From the human T2T-CHM13v2.0 reference genome, Homo sapiens, in assembly GCF_009914755.1 (NCBI RefSeq), contig NC_060937.1: a DNA stretch of 64,000 nucleotides; one strand, given 5' to 3'. Shown here piece by piece: positions 43,304 to 56,899 of the stretch. The first letter of the stretch is position 1; each line of letters starts with the position of its first letter. A model generated the notes under the pieces. The model saw only the letters and a program-made list of their open reading frames with translations, searched no databases and was not told where the DNA came from. Both the position numbers and the translations under genes were made by a program.

Positions 43304-44599
43304 TAATATGTGTACACAATAGCTTCTTCTGGGAAAATCTTTCATTAAATGAGAGGTGTATGAATTCTTTAATTAAGTGAATGATTTATAAATTCTCTTT
43401 TACTTCAGAAGTGAATCAACTTATCTACAGATATCAATAGGTATTCCAACCAGAGGTTTTTCAGCTTCTTTAAGATAAATCAGAAAGAACTATTTAATAG
43501 TCCTAATTTTATCTCAACAAATTTTTGCAGAGCAAAGTTTATTATGGGAAAACTATACTAGTAATCCTGAGCTAATATTTTTTATAAGAATTGATTGCTA
43601 CCCTCAAAAGGATTATGGTTCATTTTCTTTTAGAGTAATCTTATCTCATATATGTTTTCTAAATATATTTTATTCTGAAGATGTAAATATCACTTTACCT
43701 GATTGTTTTCTTCAATGCCTAGAGTTCGTTAAGAAATTATAAATAACTATCACAAATTCCATCTTAAGTAGTGTAGAGAAGTCGCTGATCAGAATTTTAT
43801 TTGATGTTTTTCCAAACAGTAAGGGAATAAAAGAGTGTAAATAACAAAATTTAGTGATGAAAATAGGGCCTGGCTTATTTAGCTAAAACCTAAAATAGAT
43901 TGAGTTTAAATTAGCAAGTACAGTGAAAGGCTTTAGCAAACCTAAAGGAACCAGAGCAAGGAAGAAAACGACATGAACAAGTGATCCCAGAATGAAGAGT
44001 GCGTGGAGGGAGCTGGTGGGGGTGCTGAGGGGGCTCCTGGCTTCTCATGGGCATGGTCCCTTCCAGGTCCTGTCAGAGGCCCTCACAATGTGTGCACGTG
44101 GTAATCTGGGACTTTGAAAATGTATAATCTTATGTTCATTTATTAAAGAGGGGCCTCCAATTTTTTTAAAGCCCCATATCCTCCCCAGGAATCCACTATG
44201 ATAGAGCTAGGGGAAGTCTTTGTTGAAAAGATTCTAAAACAACAAGGTGGTAGGAAATTTTAAATACTTTAGCTCATTCTAATTACTCAATTTGCTTAGA
44301 TTTCCCCATCCAGCAAACTTCTGTTTGCCCCTCTTTGTGGATGTTTAATTCCAGGATGCTGTGTGCAAGCACCGACCCTCCCAGCTGTAGCCTTCACTCT
44401 CCCTCTTCGAGATTATCTTGTGGTGGATTCATTGAATCATGTGGTTTGCTTCACGACTTTGCCCATTTCTAGTTTAGAATTAATGTTTCTTGCTCATGCA
44501 ACATTAGTTACTGCTGTACATCTGCTATCCAGCTTCCAAAATGATGTTGGTGTTTTCCCCTCTCCTGTTCTCTCCCTCTCTCTATGGTTTATGCTTTTG

Positions 44600-46520
44600 A
44601 AAATTCCCAACAAAAATATCCACTGGATTTTGGGGAAGCTCAGTATTCTGATATCAAAGACATATGGGAGAAGAAACTTGTCAAAACAGCCAGACAAACC
44701 CTGGAAAACTAACAGGGGACCAGATATTAATGCCTATTTTAGGGCAGCAATCATCAAGACAGTGATGTTGTTAGAGCAGCTCAAGAAAACAGAAACAAAT
44801 ACCAGAAGGCAGGAAGGAAAAGAGCAAAAAACTTGAACACGCAATAATGTTCTCAACTATCATAAGGCAAACCCCACCATAAATAAAGTCAAAAGGGAAG
44901 CACAAATTAGAGAAATATATGTTTTCAAGCCAGACCAGGCCAAGGGCTAATACCCAAAATGGATAGACTGTTCTTATAAACCTATAGGAAAAGACCAATA
45001 CAAAAAAATAAGGCAGACATGCAAGGAGAAAGCTCACAAATGAAAGACAAATGGAATATAAACAAATGAAACATATGAAAATAATGTTGTTATAAATATG
45101 TCACTAAACAGACACACATTTAAAAGGGTAAGATCCTTGTTTTTCCCTTTCTGTTGGCAAAGCTGAAGTGTTGGACATGCAGTTTTAGAGTCCAAGACAC
45201 AGCACTGCCCTATCTTCTCACTGGGAAGATGTGATCATGTAGCCTCTTTGCAGGGCAATTGAGCTCTCCAAAACTCAACATATATGTATCTTCTGATCCA
45301 GCTATCCACCCATAAACACTATGTCTAATAATTTACTTGCACATGAATGAAAACATATTAAAACAGGGGTTCCCACGCCCTGGGCCATGGACGAGTACTG
45401 ATCTGTGGCCTGTTAAGAACTGGGCAGCAGGAGGTGAGTGAGCATTACTGCCTGAGCTCCGCCTCCTGTCGGATCAGCAGCAGCATTAGATTCTCAAAAA
45501 AACTTGAACCCTATTGAGAACTGCACATGCGAGGGATCTAGGTGGCACACTCCTTCTGGGAATCTACTACCTGATGATCTGAGATGGAACAGTTTCATCC
45601 CTAAACCAGCTCCCTTACCCCCCGAGCCTGGGGACCCCTGGTCTGTGGAAAAATGGTCTTCCACAAAACCAGTCCCTGGTGCCAAAAAGGTTGGGAACAG
45701 CTATATTAAAAGCATGAATGTTCACTGCAGCATTATATATTAGCAATAATTTTTAAATGTCCATTAAAAGAGTGCCAGTTAAATAACCTATAGCACATCC
45801 ATAAAGTCATACACTCTGTAACTACTATAAAGAATAAAGTAGATTTTTTACCTGCTGCTATAGAAATAGTTTCCACATGTTGTTACTGTAAGGATTGTGA
45901 TTTAGAACAGTGTGCAAGGTAAATTCCTCCTTGTGTATTTTTACGCGTATGTGTGAATGAATGAATTGAAAATTTCTGGAAAGAAATATAACAAATTATT
46001 ATCTCTGGGAAACAGCATTGGAGTTTTCAGGCATAGAAAGGAGATTTTAATCTTGTTTATCCTTGATTTAGAAACCACCATGTAAATATTTTGAATTTAC
46101 GCCAAAATACAAGCAAGTTAAATTTTTTAAAAATTGATTAACAGGCAAACAAAAGTTATAGTAGAAGAACAGTCAATAAATAAGCAAAGCAAAACAAATA
46201 CCGAAATGACATACAGACATGTTAAGGAAAATAGCACAAGAAGAACAGTTTTTCAATGAAGAATGATGAGAACTTAGAAAAAGTGGGAAAACATAAAGTC
46301 TTCCTGGATCCTCACTTCACATTATACCAAAACACATTCTAGACAAATTCCAGACACAACTAAGCAAAACACTAAGCTATTAATTAAACCAAAAATAATT
46401 TGAAGAAAATATAAATGAGTCCATAATAAAATTCTTGGAGATGGATCCAATAAACTTCAAAGTAATTCAAAAAGAAATGCCAAATGAAATTGATCTATTT
46501 GATAACAAACTGCTGAATTT
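44600..46520 (+). mobile_element. Highly decayed L1ME-type fragments
   Basis: ORF2-like remnants (PDINAYFRAAIIKTV; ggatcctcacttcacattatacc). Confidence 0.5.
45364..45703 (+). mobile_element. MER1B hAT-Charlie DNA transposon
   Basis: caggggttccc..aaaaccagtccctggtgccaaaaaggttgggaacagct; 8-bp TSD TATTAAAA at 45356-45363 and 45704-45711. Confidence 0.92.
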
Positions 46521-46599
46521 ATGTTTGGATATTTCTGATAGAACCCACCAAGCTAATCACAAAGATAATTTACAATGGGAGTTGCCGGGAATGTCCTCT

Positions 46600-47219
46600 C
46601 TTTGCTTCCTAGCATAGCTAGCTACTTGTCCTTCAAGAAATCGCTATACGCAGGTGGTTGGGGCAGGGCTGAGCCAGCTGAGCTGCAGGGGTTGAATAAA
46701 GGAGAGCTGACTGCCTTCTAGCAGTCAATGAAGCCCATTTTCTGGTCACACTGATTGGTTTAGGGAATATCCAGTAACCAAAGGAGAACAACGAGGTATG
46801 AGATGTTTGCTGAGGTTTTCTAAGAAAAAGAAGTTTCCTCCATTTTTCAAAGAAGATCCTGAGAGAGAACTTCTCTCTTCTTTTGAACTATGTGATGTAA
46901 GAATTGAGGTCTGGGACTGTTAAAGCCATTTTTCTGTGACATCAGGAAGGGCTGGAAGGAAGAGTGGTAGGAGCTGGTGTCACACCCACAGGGCTAGAAT
47001 GAAACCACCACAGAGTATAGCAGAGGGAAGAGTCAGAATGAAACATGGCCCCAGATACACTGTTTGAGTTGGGACATAAAGGGCCAGGATACACTGAGTT
47101 GGGACGTAAAGGCTCTTCTAATGTCAGACTTTTAGTTACAAAACACAGTAAATTAACTTTGTTGTTTAAAACAAATGTGTTTTCCATAACTTCCAACACA
47201 AAACATTTCAAATGATGCA
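46600..47219 (+). mobile_element. Old MLT1 (J/K-type) LTR with internal ~30-bp tandem duplication
   Basis: ggtcacactgattggtttaggga..ctgggactgttaaagccattttt; repeated gatacactg..gagttgggac(a/g)taaagg at ~47051-47112. Confidence 0.5.
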
Positions 47220-48199
47220 TATTTAAATAGATGTTTTCTCAAGGCAATGTTTTGGATTTCAAAGAGGGTTTTGTAGTCATCCACAGACAGCCCAAAAAAT
47301 ATGAAACCCCACAGTTATACAACAGGAAGAAATTCCTCACTTTATAAATAATTCATGACGGGACTCCACTGAATATAATCCACCCTAGTGCACTTAAAAT
47401 GGAAACTGACTTATAAACGATTTATATTCTTCTAATGTGAAAGCAATAGCCTTCATCTCTTAGGATTTTGCAGTTTGTAAAGCTGTTTTGTATGCATTAT
47501 CTCATTCGACCTAGGAAAGCAAAAGAAGCTCACATTGGCCAGGACCCCAGGAGTGTGTTTGTAGCAAGAGTTGACATCCATCTAATACATCTGACATTGA
47601 TATTGATTTACTTTGCAGCCTTCCATAATTGTGCCAGTGCCATACTTCCTGAATAACTGTATCCCACCATTCACATGTTGCCTCCTATCTTACAAAGCAA
47701 ACCCACAACGTGTTTTGTTCGATGGTCACTGGTTCAGTAGCCCCATTGCCAAGTGAGAAGCTCTTGGGCTCATTGGGAGACAGACGGAGCTTGAAACTGC
47801 CCACATTTACTAAGTATATAACATTTGGAAAAGATATTCAAATACTCTGAGTCTCTGATTTATCATATGAGAGTGGGAATAATAAACACCCACCTCACAG
47901 ATTTTTAAGTACCAAGCAGGATAATTCCCTTTACACTTTTTATTCTTCCTTTGACTGACTTTATCTCTTTCAAGTCTTCTTTCATAAAAATATGCAAATA
48001 TTTCTACTTTTTAAATTTATAAATTTAATGGTTTCATTCCCATGCTTAAAATCTTTCAATGATTCCTTGTTCCTAAAGCATGAAGTCTGATCCCCATATC
48101 AGGACTTTCACGATTACCCATGATCTGGCCTGGACGCCTTCTCACTTGTCACTTGGCCACCTCTTCCGACCAGACTCATGTGCCCCAGGGTGTGGATCC

Positions 48200-48722
48200 C
48201 ACCTAAGACAGCCTTAATGATCCCCTCAGCGTGATCAAACTTTAGTCCTGACCCTTTATTTGGAGGGATTACTTTAGAAAATTTGTAAATTATTTATCCT
48301 TTCCTCTGTGATGTACGTAAACTTTTTAAAATGCCTCTTGCCAATTATTATCATCCAGAGCTGTCTTTTTCAAGGACCTGGGAGCCACCTTTTAGAAACA
48401 TAAACATCAAGGAAGATGATGGCCCTGTCTCCCAGTGCCTCCTGTAGGGTAGGAGCCCAACTTAGGGGGTGCCTTTTTCCAAGTTGTAAAACTACCTGCT
48501 TTCACTAAGATATGAGAAAGTTTGCTTTTCCTTTGGGTGAAGCTAATTAGCCAGCCCAAACAGCCTGTACTCTCTCTCACCCAGTTCTTAAAAATTCTTA
48601 TGTTCTTCCTTTCAGTGGAGTTAAATTCAGACTGAATCTGGCCTCTTTCCCCTAAGACAATAGCCTTGAATAAAGTCTTCCTTGCCTGTTCACCCTTGTC
48701 TGATGCAATTCTTGTTTTGACA
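48200..48722 (+). mobile_element. ERV1 solo LTR (MER67/MER31-like)
   Basis: tcaaggacctgggagcca..catcaaggaagat..ccctgtctcccag; aataaagtcttccttgcc..ttttgaCA. Confidence 0.7.
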
Positions 48723-49340
48723 ATCCCCAAATGCAGCATGTGGCTATGCTCATGCCTGGCTTGGCCCATTTGTTTTTTCAACTTGGAACAACTTTCTCTC
48801 TCTTATCCACAATAATTTATGCATTCTTGCGTCAAAGGATTAACATGTTGTTAAATGTGTTCCTTGCTTGGACTAGGGACTTCTTGAAGGCAGGAACTAT
48901 TTTATTCAAATTTTGGTTCTAGGGATTAACCCAATGTTAGGTGCTTAGTGTACTCAGTGTACTCCCCACAAATGCTTGGTGTCTGTCAACCAGAACAAGC
49001 AACATTGCATTTAGCTCCCCATTCAACTGAGCATGAGCAAATAAATTAGAACAAAAAATAAAGAAATAAATAAGCTGGAGGTCAGAAGGAAAATCCCATA
49101 AGCAGACCAGGAACAAAATGTTAGCATTGCTGCTCGGCCAAGATGGTGAGAAAATGTGAACATTATGCTTTCTTCCAGGAAATAAACTCCCCTGTGCAAG
49201 AGAAGTGGTGGCAAAAAACAACAGGTTATCTCTAAATCTCCAAAAGTGTAGTTCTCTTTCAAATAAACTGAAAATATCTCTTTGATATTTCCAGGTAGGT
49301 TAAAACTGCAACTCTTTTCCTAAGTATAGTTTAAGTATTA

Positions 49341-49900
<560 letters not shown>

Positions 49901-51371
49901 TTGATTAGATGACCTGTGATCTTGCACATTACATGATAATGAAACAACACCTTTACTTGTGAATGAATTCAGAAATTGTAATGCAAATGATACTGCTAGT
50001 GTTAAAGATCAATTGACCAGGTGGACGTACATTTATATATTGTAATGAGCTTTACAGAAAATAATCACTGATTTTGACCACACACTACCCAAGATTTTGG
50101 GTAGAGGATTGTGTAAAACTTTTCCCAAATATTTGGGAAACATAGATGCTCAAAGAAAAACAAAAGCTGAGCACATGTAAAATAATCCAAAATTGTCTGC
50201 ACTTTATTTTTATGGGCCCTAAAAAAATCTTTCAGAGCAGAATAAAGTAAATATGGATGCCCATTATTTTTCTGCACAAACTGCTTGTAATTTATAGCAA
50301 AAGCATTTTCAGATCAAGCAAACCAGAATTTTTTTCTTCCAGTTGAATATAAGTACCTAGAATGTTATATTAACAGCAAAGAAGAATCAAATTTTTACAA
50401 GAAAAGGGCAGTCTGCTTGTATAGACTCTATCCTGTTTGGAGAATGATAAAATCCTCAGAGGAAATAATTGCATTGCTGCAAGGTGCTCCAGCAGCTAAC
50501 ATTGTGTGGCACCTTGACATTAAATTACTAAGGGGTCCCACTGGTCACTGTTTGTTAACTTACATTGAGCCAGAAAGGAACTGGCAGTCAAAAAGTGTTT
50601 TCAGAGGAGCATCAAAGATACTCATTTAGAATTTTAATTTTAAAAAAAGAGAAAGCTTCAGAGGAAAATTCTTAAATTTAATTTATTTCATTTATTTTAT
50701 TATATTTTACTTTTTTAAAAAGGAAGATGGGAAAGCAGCTTAGATGGGAAATAAATTAATTTTATCCTGTATTAGAGACTTCACGTGGACATTAACTATG
50801 ACCTTTTGAATACACATGAGCTATGTCTATTTTGGAATGAGAAGTAGCTAAGAAGTTAAAAGCCAAAAGTAGTAGTGGGAAAAGATAAGCTGAACCACAT
50901 CCAAGCACTTAAAATGTTGGCTTGAGGCATGTACCAGTAAGTCTAAGATCACATAACCAACCTCTGTCTATGACCTGTAATTACTCTTTCTGCACAGACA
51001 GAAGTCTGCTGACTTTCCAGTAAAGTATCCACTAGATAATACACTTCTGGATAAATATATTGCACTTCTATGACGAGGTGTTAAAAATGTTTTACAATGT
51101 TGTTAACATTGGCAAGAAACTTGTGTATTCCAATTTATTGTTCTATGCACTTGCTAAATTAATTGCTTAAGGTTTTGTCTTTATATTAGCTGGCTTTTCT
51201 CTGGAATTTGACACTATCTAATGCTCTCCTTAAAATCCCTGCCTTCCACGTTCAAATATATGTATATTCAAATCCCTATGCAACAAATCGGAATGAATGT
51301 TCCTCATTCCTGTGTGGCAGAATTTTCTTCTCTTGCTCTTATTTTTCTTTCCAAGTTGAGTTGACAGTTCA

Positions 51372-52220
51372 CCATCCATTCAGAAATCCAAGGCTGGAGT
51401 CATTGTCCACCCCTCAGCTCCATGTATTCAGCATCCATGATTGGAGTCACTGTCCACCCTCCATCCTCCATCTATTCAGCCATCCAGGATTGGAATCACT
51501 GTCCGTCCTCCAGCCCCCATCTATTCAGTCATCCATGATTGGAGTCACTGTCCACCCTCCATCTTCCATCTATTCAGCCACCCAAAATTGGAATCACTGT
51601 TCATCCTCCATCCTCCATCTATTCAGTCATCCAGGATTGGAATCACTGTTCATCTTCAAGCTCCCATCTATTCAACCACCCAGGATTGGAATCACTGTCC
51701 ATTCTCCAGCCCCCATCTATTCAGTCATCCAGGATTGGAGTCACTCTTCATCTTCAAGCTCCCATCTATTCAACCATCCAGGATTGAGGTCACTGTCCGT
51801 TCTCCATCCTCCATCTATTCAGTCATCCAGGATTGGGGTCATTATCCATCCCCCATCTTCCACCTATTCAGCCATCCAGTATTGGAGTCACTGTACACCC
51901 TCCATCCTCCATCTATTCAGCCATCCAGGATGGGGTCATTGTCCACTCTCCATCCTCCATCTATTCAATCATCCACGATTGGGGTCATTATCCATCCCCC
52001 ATCTTCCATCTATTCAGCCATCCAGTATTGGAGTCACTGTCCACCCTCCATCCTCCATCTATTCAGCCATCAAGGATGGGGTCATTGTGCATCCCCCAAC
52101 CTCCATCTATTCAGCCAACCAGTATTGGGGTCATTGTCCACCCTCCATCCTCCATCTATTCAGTCATCCAGGACTGGGGTCATTGTGCATCCCCCATCCT
52201 CCATCTATTCAGTCATCAAG
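51372..52220. repeat. 49-bp minisatellite, ~17.4 copies
   Basis: Consensus ccatctattcagccatccaggattggagtcactgtccaccctccatcct; unit starts 51372, 51420, 51468, 51517, 51566, 51615, 51664, 51713, 51762, 51811, 51860, 51909, 51957, 52006, 52055, 52103, 52152, 52201. Confidence 0.97.
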
Positions 52221-52359
52221 AGCTTCTCACTTGGCACTGGGGCTACTGAACCAGTGACTGAGAAGCTCTTAAGTGTAATTAGATCCTATTTGTCAAAGAC
52301 GTGAAAAGCAACCACAACAAGAGCAAAAAATGACATCTTTACCTATTTACTAATGTCTT

Positions 52360-53880
52360 TAATCATTTATTTATATCAGCCTAACTCATGGATATTTATT
52401 TTCTATCTTGTTTTATAATGCAATACTACTTTATAGATTTTGTTGCTCAAATTGTACCAGCTTTGATTATTGGGAGCTTTTTGGGGTGCCTCTTGTGTGC
52501 TTTGGCTAGCTCACCACTGTGGGGTTTCAATGGTTGTTTACTGTTTGTTTGTTTCAAGCACTTCCATACTTTCTGGCACTACAAGATGCCCAGGCTCATC
52601 TTATGTAGTCCCTGCCCCAGTCCTAGAATCAGTCATTTCTCCAAGGGGCCCTGCTTTATTTGATTAAAGAAATTTTTTAGAAACCAACGTCTGAGACTAG
52701 CTAGGTTCATCGCTATGGGGGGTGTCATTTCTTTTAGGCTCTCTCAGCTGACAGAGCAAAGAAATATATGTGTATATACTAGTTATGCATACACATATAT
52801 CTATAAATACTTCTAAATGTAAACACCTGTATTTATATTAAACCAAACTGAGTTTTTTCTGATAACTCTAACTCTTGCAACATGGATCATTGTAGCCTCC
52901 TCTCCCTGCTTCTCTGCAAATTCCCACTCTATTCATGAAAGATTCCCACCACCCACTATCCATATACTTAACTGTTCGTGTACACATGTACAGCAGTATC
53001 TGAATTGTTAACCTGTACCTCCATCGGAAACAATTTTATCAACTAGAATACTAAACTTACGTGCAGTTTCTTATGCGTTTAGAATTACAGTTTCTACTCA
53101 CATCCATCTTTCTTCTACCTTACGCCTTTAATGAGGCTGGCTATATATTCATTTATTTGTAATACACCTAGATTTTCTTGTTGCAATCTATAGTCTTTCC
53201 TAGGATCCCCTTACTTCCTAAATGACTTTCTAAATTTATATACAGTAAAGTTTACTTTTTATACCATAAATTTCTATGGGTTCTGACAATACATAATGTT
53301 ATGTATCTTCCATTATAGTATCATTATCCAGAATCATTTCATCACCCTAAAAGTGCCTTGGGTTCCACCTATTCAATCCCCTTGCCTCCTGCTGAAGCCA
53401 TGGAAACCACTGATCTTTCTACTATCTCTACAGTTTTCCCTTTTAGAATGTCATATAATTGAAATTATGCAGTATGTAGCTTTTCCTGACTTTTTTTTTC
53501 ACTTAGCAATAGGCACTTAAGTTTCCTCTATGTCTTTCTGTGGACTGATAGCCCATTTCCTTTTATCAAGGGATAATATTCCATTGTATGGATGTAGCAC
53601 AGTTTGTTTATCCATTCCTATATTGAATAAGAACATCTTGATTGCTTTCAGTTCTGGCAACTATGAACAAAGCTATTATAAATTCTGTACAATGTTTTAG
53701 GTGGACATAAGTTTTCAACTCAGGTAAATACCTATGAGTGTAATTGCTAGATTGTATAGTAAGACTATGTTTAGGTGTAAGAAACTGTCAGTCTTCCAAA
53801 GTGGCTGTACAATTTTGCATTCCTACCAGCAATGAATGAGAGTTTCTCTTGTTCCACATTCTTTCCAGCATTTGGTATTA
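52360..53880 (-). mobile_element. L1MC-type 3' region
   Basis: ttgttgctcaaattgtaccagcttt; tattccattgtatggatg; ttccaaagtggctgtacaattttgcattcctaccagcaatgaatgagagtt. Confidence 0.85.
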
Positions 53881-55595
53881 AATATAATCTGCAATAAAAT
53901 AATTTATTCCAGTTACCATATTTTTTCAGTAGAAGATTTTCTTTGAATTTGTTTTAATACATTCTAATTCTTCAGTGAAATTCTCTTTGCTGTCACCAAT
54001 TTTCTTGAAGCTAATAGTCACAGTTATTTTAAAGACTGAGCCTAACAAGTCTAATATCCGGATCACCTGTAGTTTGACTTCTATGGTTTGTTTGCTTCTC
54101 TGGGTCTTGATATATCTGGAAATTAATGATTAAATATTGGATTGTGAGTATAAATAATTGTAAAATATCTGGGTGAGCACTTTGTTTTCGACAAGCAGTT
54201 AGAATAGAGAACTGAGTTCTGAAACATGGATCCACTTCTCCATCTGGGCATGATTTTCTTTTCTCTCTAGTCTATGGGTACAAGAGTATAACTCCAGATC
54301 TGAAACTGATTTTGAACTTGAAAAGTCATAGTCGATTTCTGGTTTCCACATTTCTGACGATGTAGTCCTTCGGGCATACAGGCATCTCAAATGAGTGTCT
54401 AGGATGTTGAGTAGGGCATCCAAGTTTATTTCCCTAGCCTTGTGAAGCTTACAAAAGCCCTGCTTCCCCTCAACCTCTAAGCTGAATTTTCTTTCTCTCA
54501 CTGTCTAGACAGTGAAGAAACCCTCAAGTGGAAAAGTGACTCTGATTTTCAAATTCGACTTTTCTAAAACTTCTTTCTCTTTTGGAATTGGCCTCTCAAA
54601 TCCTCACTGCTTTAATAGCCTGAATTTCAATTTTAGTCTCCCGGTGCTGTGAGATAGCCAAAATCTCTGCTTAGTCACTGGCTTCCTGCTTAGATTTTGC
54701 CTTGGTTTCTCAGCCTCTTGTCCAGCTTCATTTAAAAATCACTAAAGTGTTTCAAGGGATTTTGAAGGAGTATGAGACGCCAGACTCAGCTCAATAATTT
54801 TACTTTCAGCAATCTTTGCCCTCCAAGATTTGGCTACCATGGGTGCTTTCCATGGATAGGGTGGTAGCTTAGAGAATGTTGTTTTACATGTAGCTTAGAG
54901 AATGTCATAATAAAGGATGGTTTGTTTTCCATATAGAATTTCCTATGTCCTCAATTTGCTGATTGCGTCCTTTGGTTGCCATTTAACTTGCTCCTCTACT
55001 CCCCACGTAACCAGGAAATTGGAAGTTAGATATAGAAGTTTGATTATATTCAAGCTTTCGACAAGAATAATTCAGAGTATTCAGGTGATTTTTGATTATT
55101 CTTCTCTTTAAGATGTTTTATATTGATCAGCAGGCCCAGGTGTGGTCATTGCAACATATTTTTTAGTGAAAAAAGACATTGTCAAAGACATATCCTAGAT
55201 GATCCATACTGTGATTTGCATATAATAACTGACTGTCCTCAGGTGATATCACTGAATGCTTCTGATGCCTTTTTGTTCTTATTATATTTTACTTTTAGTT
55301 ATAGTTGCGTTTTTATTCAGAGAGTTTTAAAGGAAATATAAATTTATCTGATAATATTCAATTACTGTTAGAGAAACGGTGCTTGCTGTCAAAGAACTAT
55401 CATAAAGAGAAAGAAAAGAATGGCACCATTTAACAAGATGACATAGAAGTCACCACAAGAACTCTAACCCTGACATTAAATTTAAACAGTGGCTCTTGAA
55501 GGGGCGGTACTACCCTTGGTGCCATCAACTGAAGAATGACAAGGTTCATAGATTTGGAAAGGAGAGCTTTATTTCCCATAAGAGGTTGCAGCCTG

Positions 55596-55756
55596 GGCCA
55601 GGTGTGGTGGCTCATATCTGTAATCTCCATGCTTTGGGAGGCTGAGGTAGTACGATCCCTTTAGCTCAACAGTTCAATGTTACAATGTGCTTTTATTGTG
55701 CAGCTGCACGCCAGCCTGGGCAGCAGAGTGAGACCCTGTCTGGATATGAAAAACAA
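55596..55756 (+). mobile_element. Alu monomer (FRAM-like or left/right-arm chimera), 13-bp TSD
   Basis: TSD aggttgcagcctg at 55583-55595 and 55757-55769. Confidence 0.85.
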
Positions 55757-56282
55757 AGGTTGCAGCCTGCAGGGTGGCCATTTTCACAGGCTGGGAAGCA
55801 TAGCCTCTGGTCAGAAGCCAAAAACAGGTATTCTGAGGGAGGGGAAAAAGAAACAGGAGTTTATGCTGAGCAGGGTGTCTCAGTATACATATTTAATAAG
55901 CTATAGGAGGAGGCATGAATGTTTATGAGAGGAGAAACGTACATAGGCACAACTGAGCTTCATGCCCCATGAGCTGCATGTACAAAAAATGGCAATCTTA
56001 ACATGATCTGAGCATGAAGTTTTCGATCCTCTGACATCAAAAGGTGAAGCAGAGGACACAAAAACCCTCACCATGCATCCTCCATAGATTGGCCAGAGCC
56101 ACTTTGTGGTCTGTGATCTCTTATCAGAAAGGACTGCTGGTCAGTTGCTGTGAAAAACTGAAAAAAAGAGGAGTGCCATCAGGTGGTTGGTTTAAATCAG
56201 CGGTGGAATCTTTTGAAAGGGCTGTTTGCTGTTTAGACCTTAGGGAAGAAAGCCTAATGGCAATTAACAGGGGATTGGACGT

Positions 56283-56647
56283 TAATGCAGTGTGGATTTG
56301 TGTCTCTACTCAAATCTCATGTTGAATTGGAAGAGGGAACTGGTGGGAGACAATTGGATCATGGGGGTGAATTTTCCCCTTGCTGTTCTCATGACAGCGA
56401 GTTCTCACAAGATCTGATGGTTTAAAAGCATGTGGCACTTCCCACTTCACTCTCTCTCTCCCCTGACACCATGTGAACAAGGTGCTTGCTTCCCCTTCAC
56501 CTTCCACCATGATTGTAAGTTTCCTGAGGGCTCCTATTCATGCTTCCTGTTAAGCCTGCAGAACTGTGCATCCATTAAACCTCTTTTCTTTATAAATTAC
56601 CCAGTCTCAGGTAGTTCTTTATGGCAGTGCAAGAACGGACTAATACA
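56283..56647 (+). mobile_element. MSTA-like MaLR solo LTR
   Basis: caaatctcatgttgaatt..attaaacctcttttctttataaattacccagtctcaggtagttcttt..ggactaataca. Confidence 0.9.
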
Positions 56648-56899
56648 GGCATAATGTATGTTCAACGTTCCATCAAGTCATGGCAGAAAAGTCAGTTTTT
56701 AACTTTCTCTGGGGTACCCTTGGACAAAAAGAGACACATTCAGTCAGTTGGGGGGCTTACAATTTCATTTTCATTTCTCAGTGGGTATTTTGCAAATTCG
56801 TGGAATTGTTTTGTCAAAATAAATGGAGGTGCTACTGACATTTTGTGGACAGGCATTAAGACTTCTAGAAGTCCTGCAACACACAGCAAAGGCTGCCAA

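Larger units (their letters stand above)
55523..56780 (-). mobile_element. ERV1 MER4-group solo LTR (LTR39-like) containing an Alu monomer and an MST
   Basis: On the minus strand begins TGAGAAATGAAAATGAAATTGTAAGCCCCCCAACTGACTGAA; AATAAA near its 3' end. Confidence 0.7.

Noticed and set aside
44363-44836. 157-aa ORF
   Set aside because: GTG start, and its 3' half is decayed L1 ORF2 sequence.
51372-52220. CRISPR-like periodic array
   Set aside because: The whole 49-bp unit repeats with no unique spacers; no cas genes; primate context.
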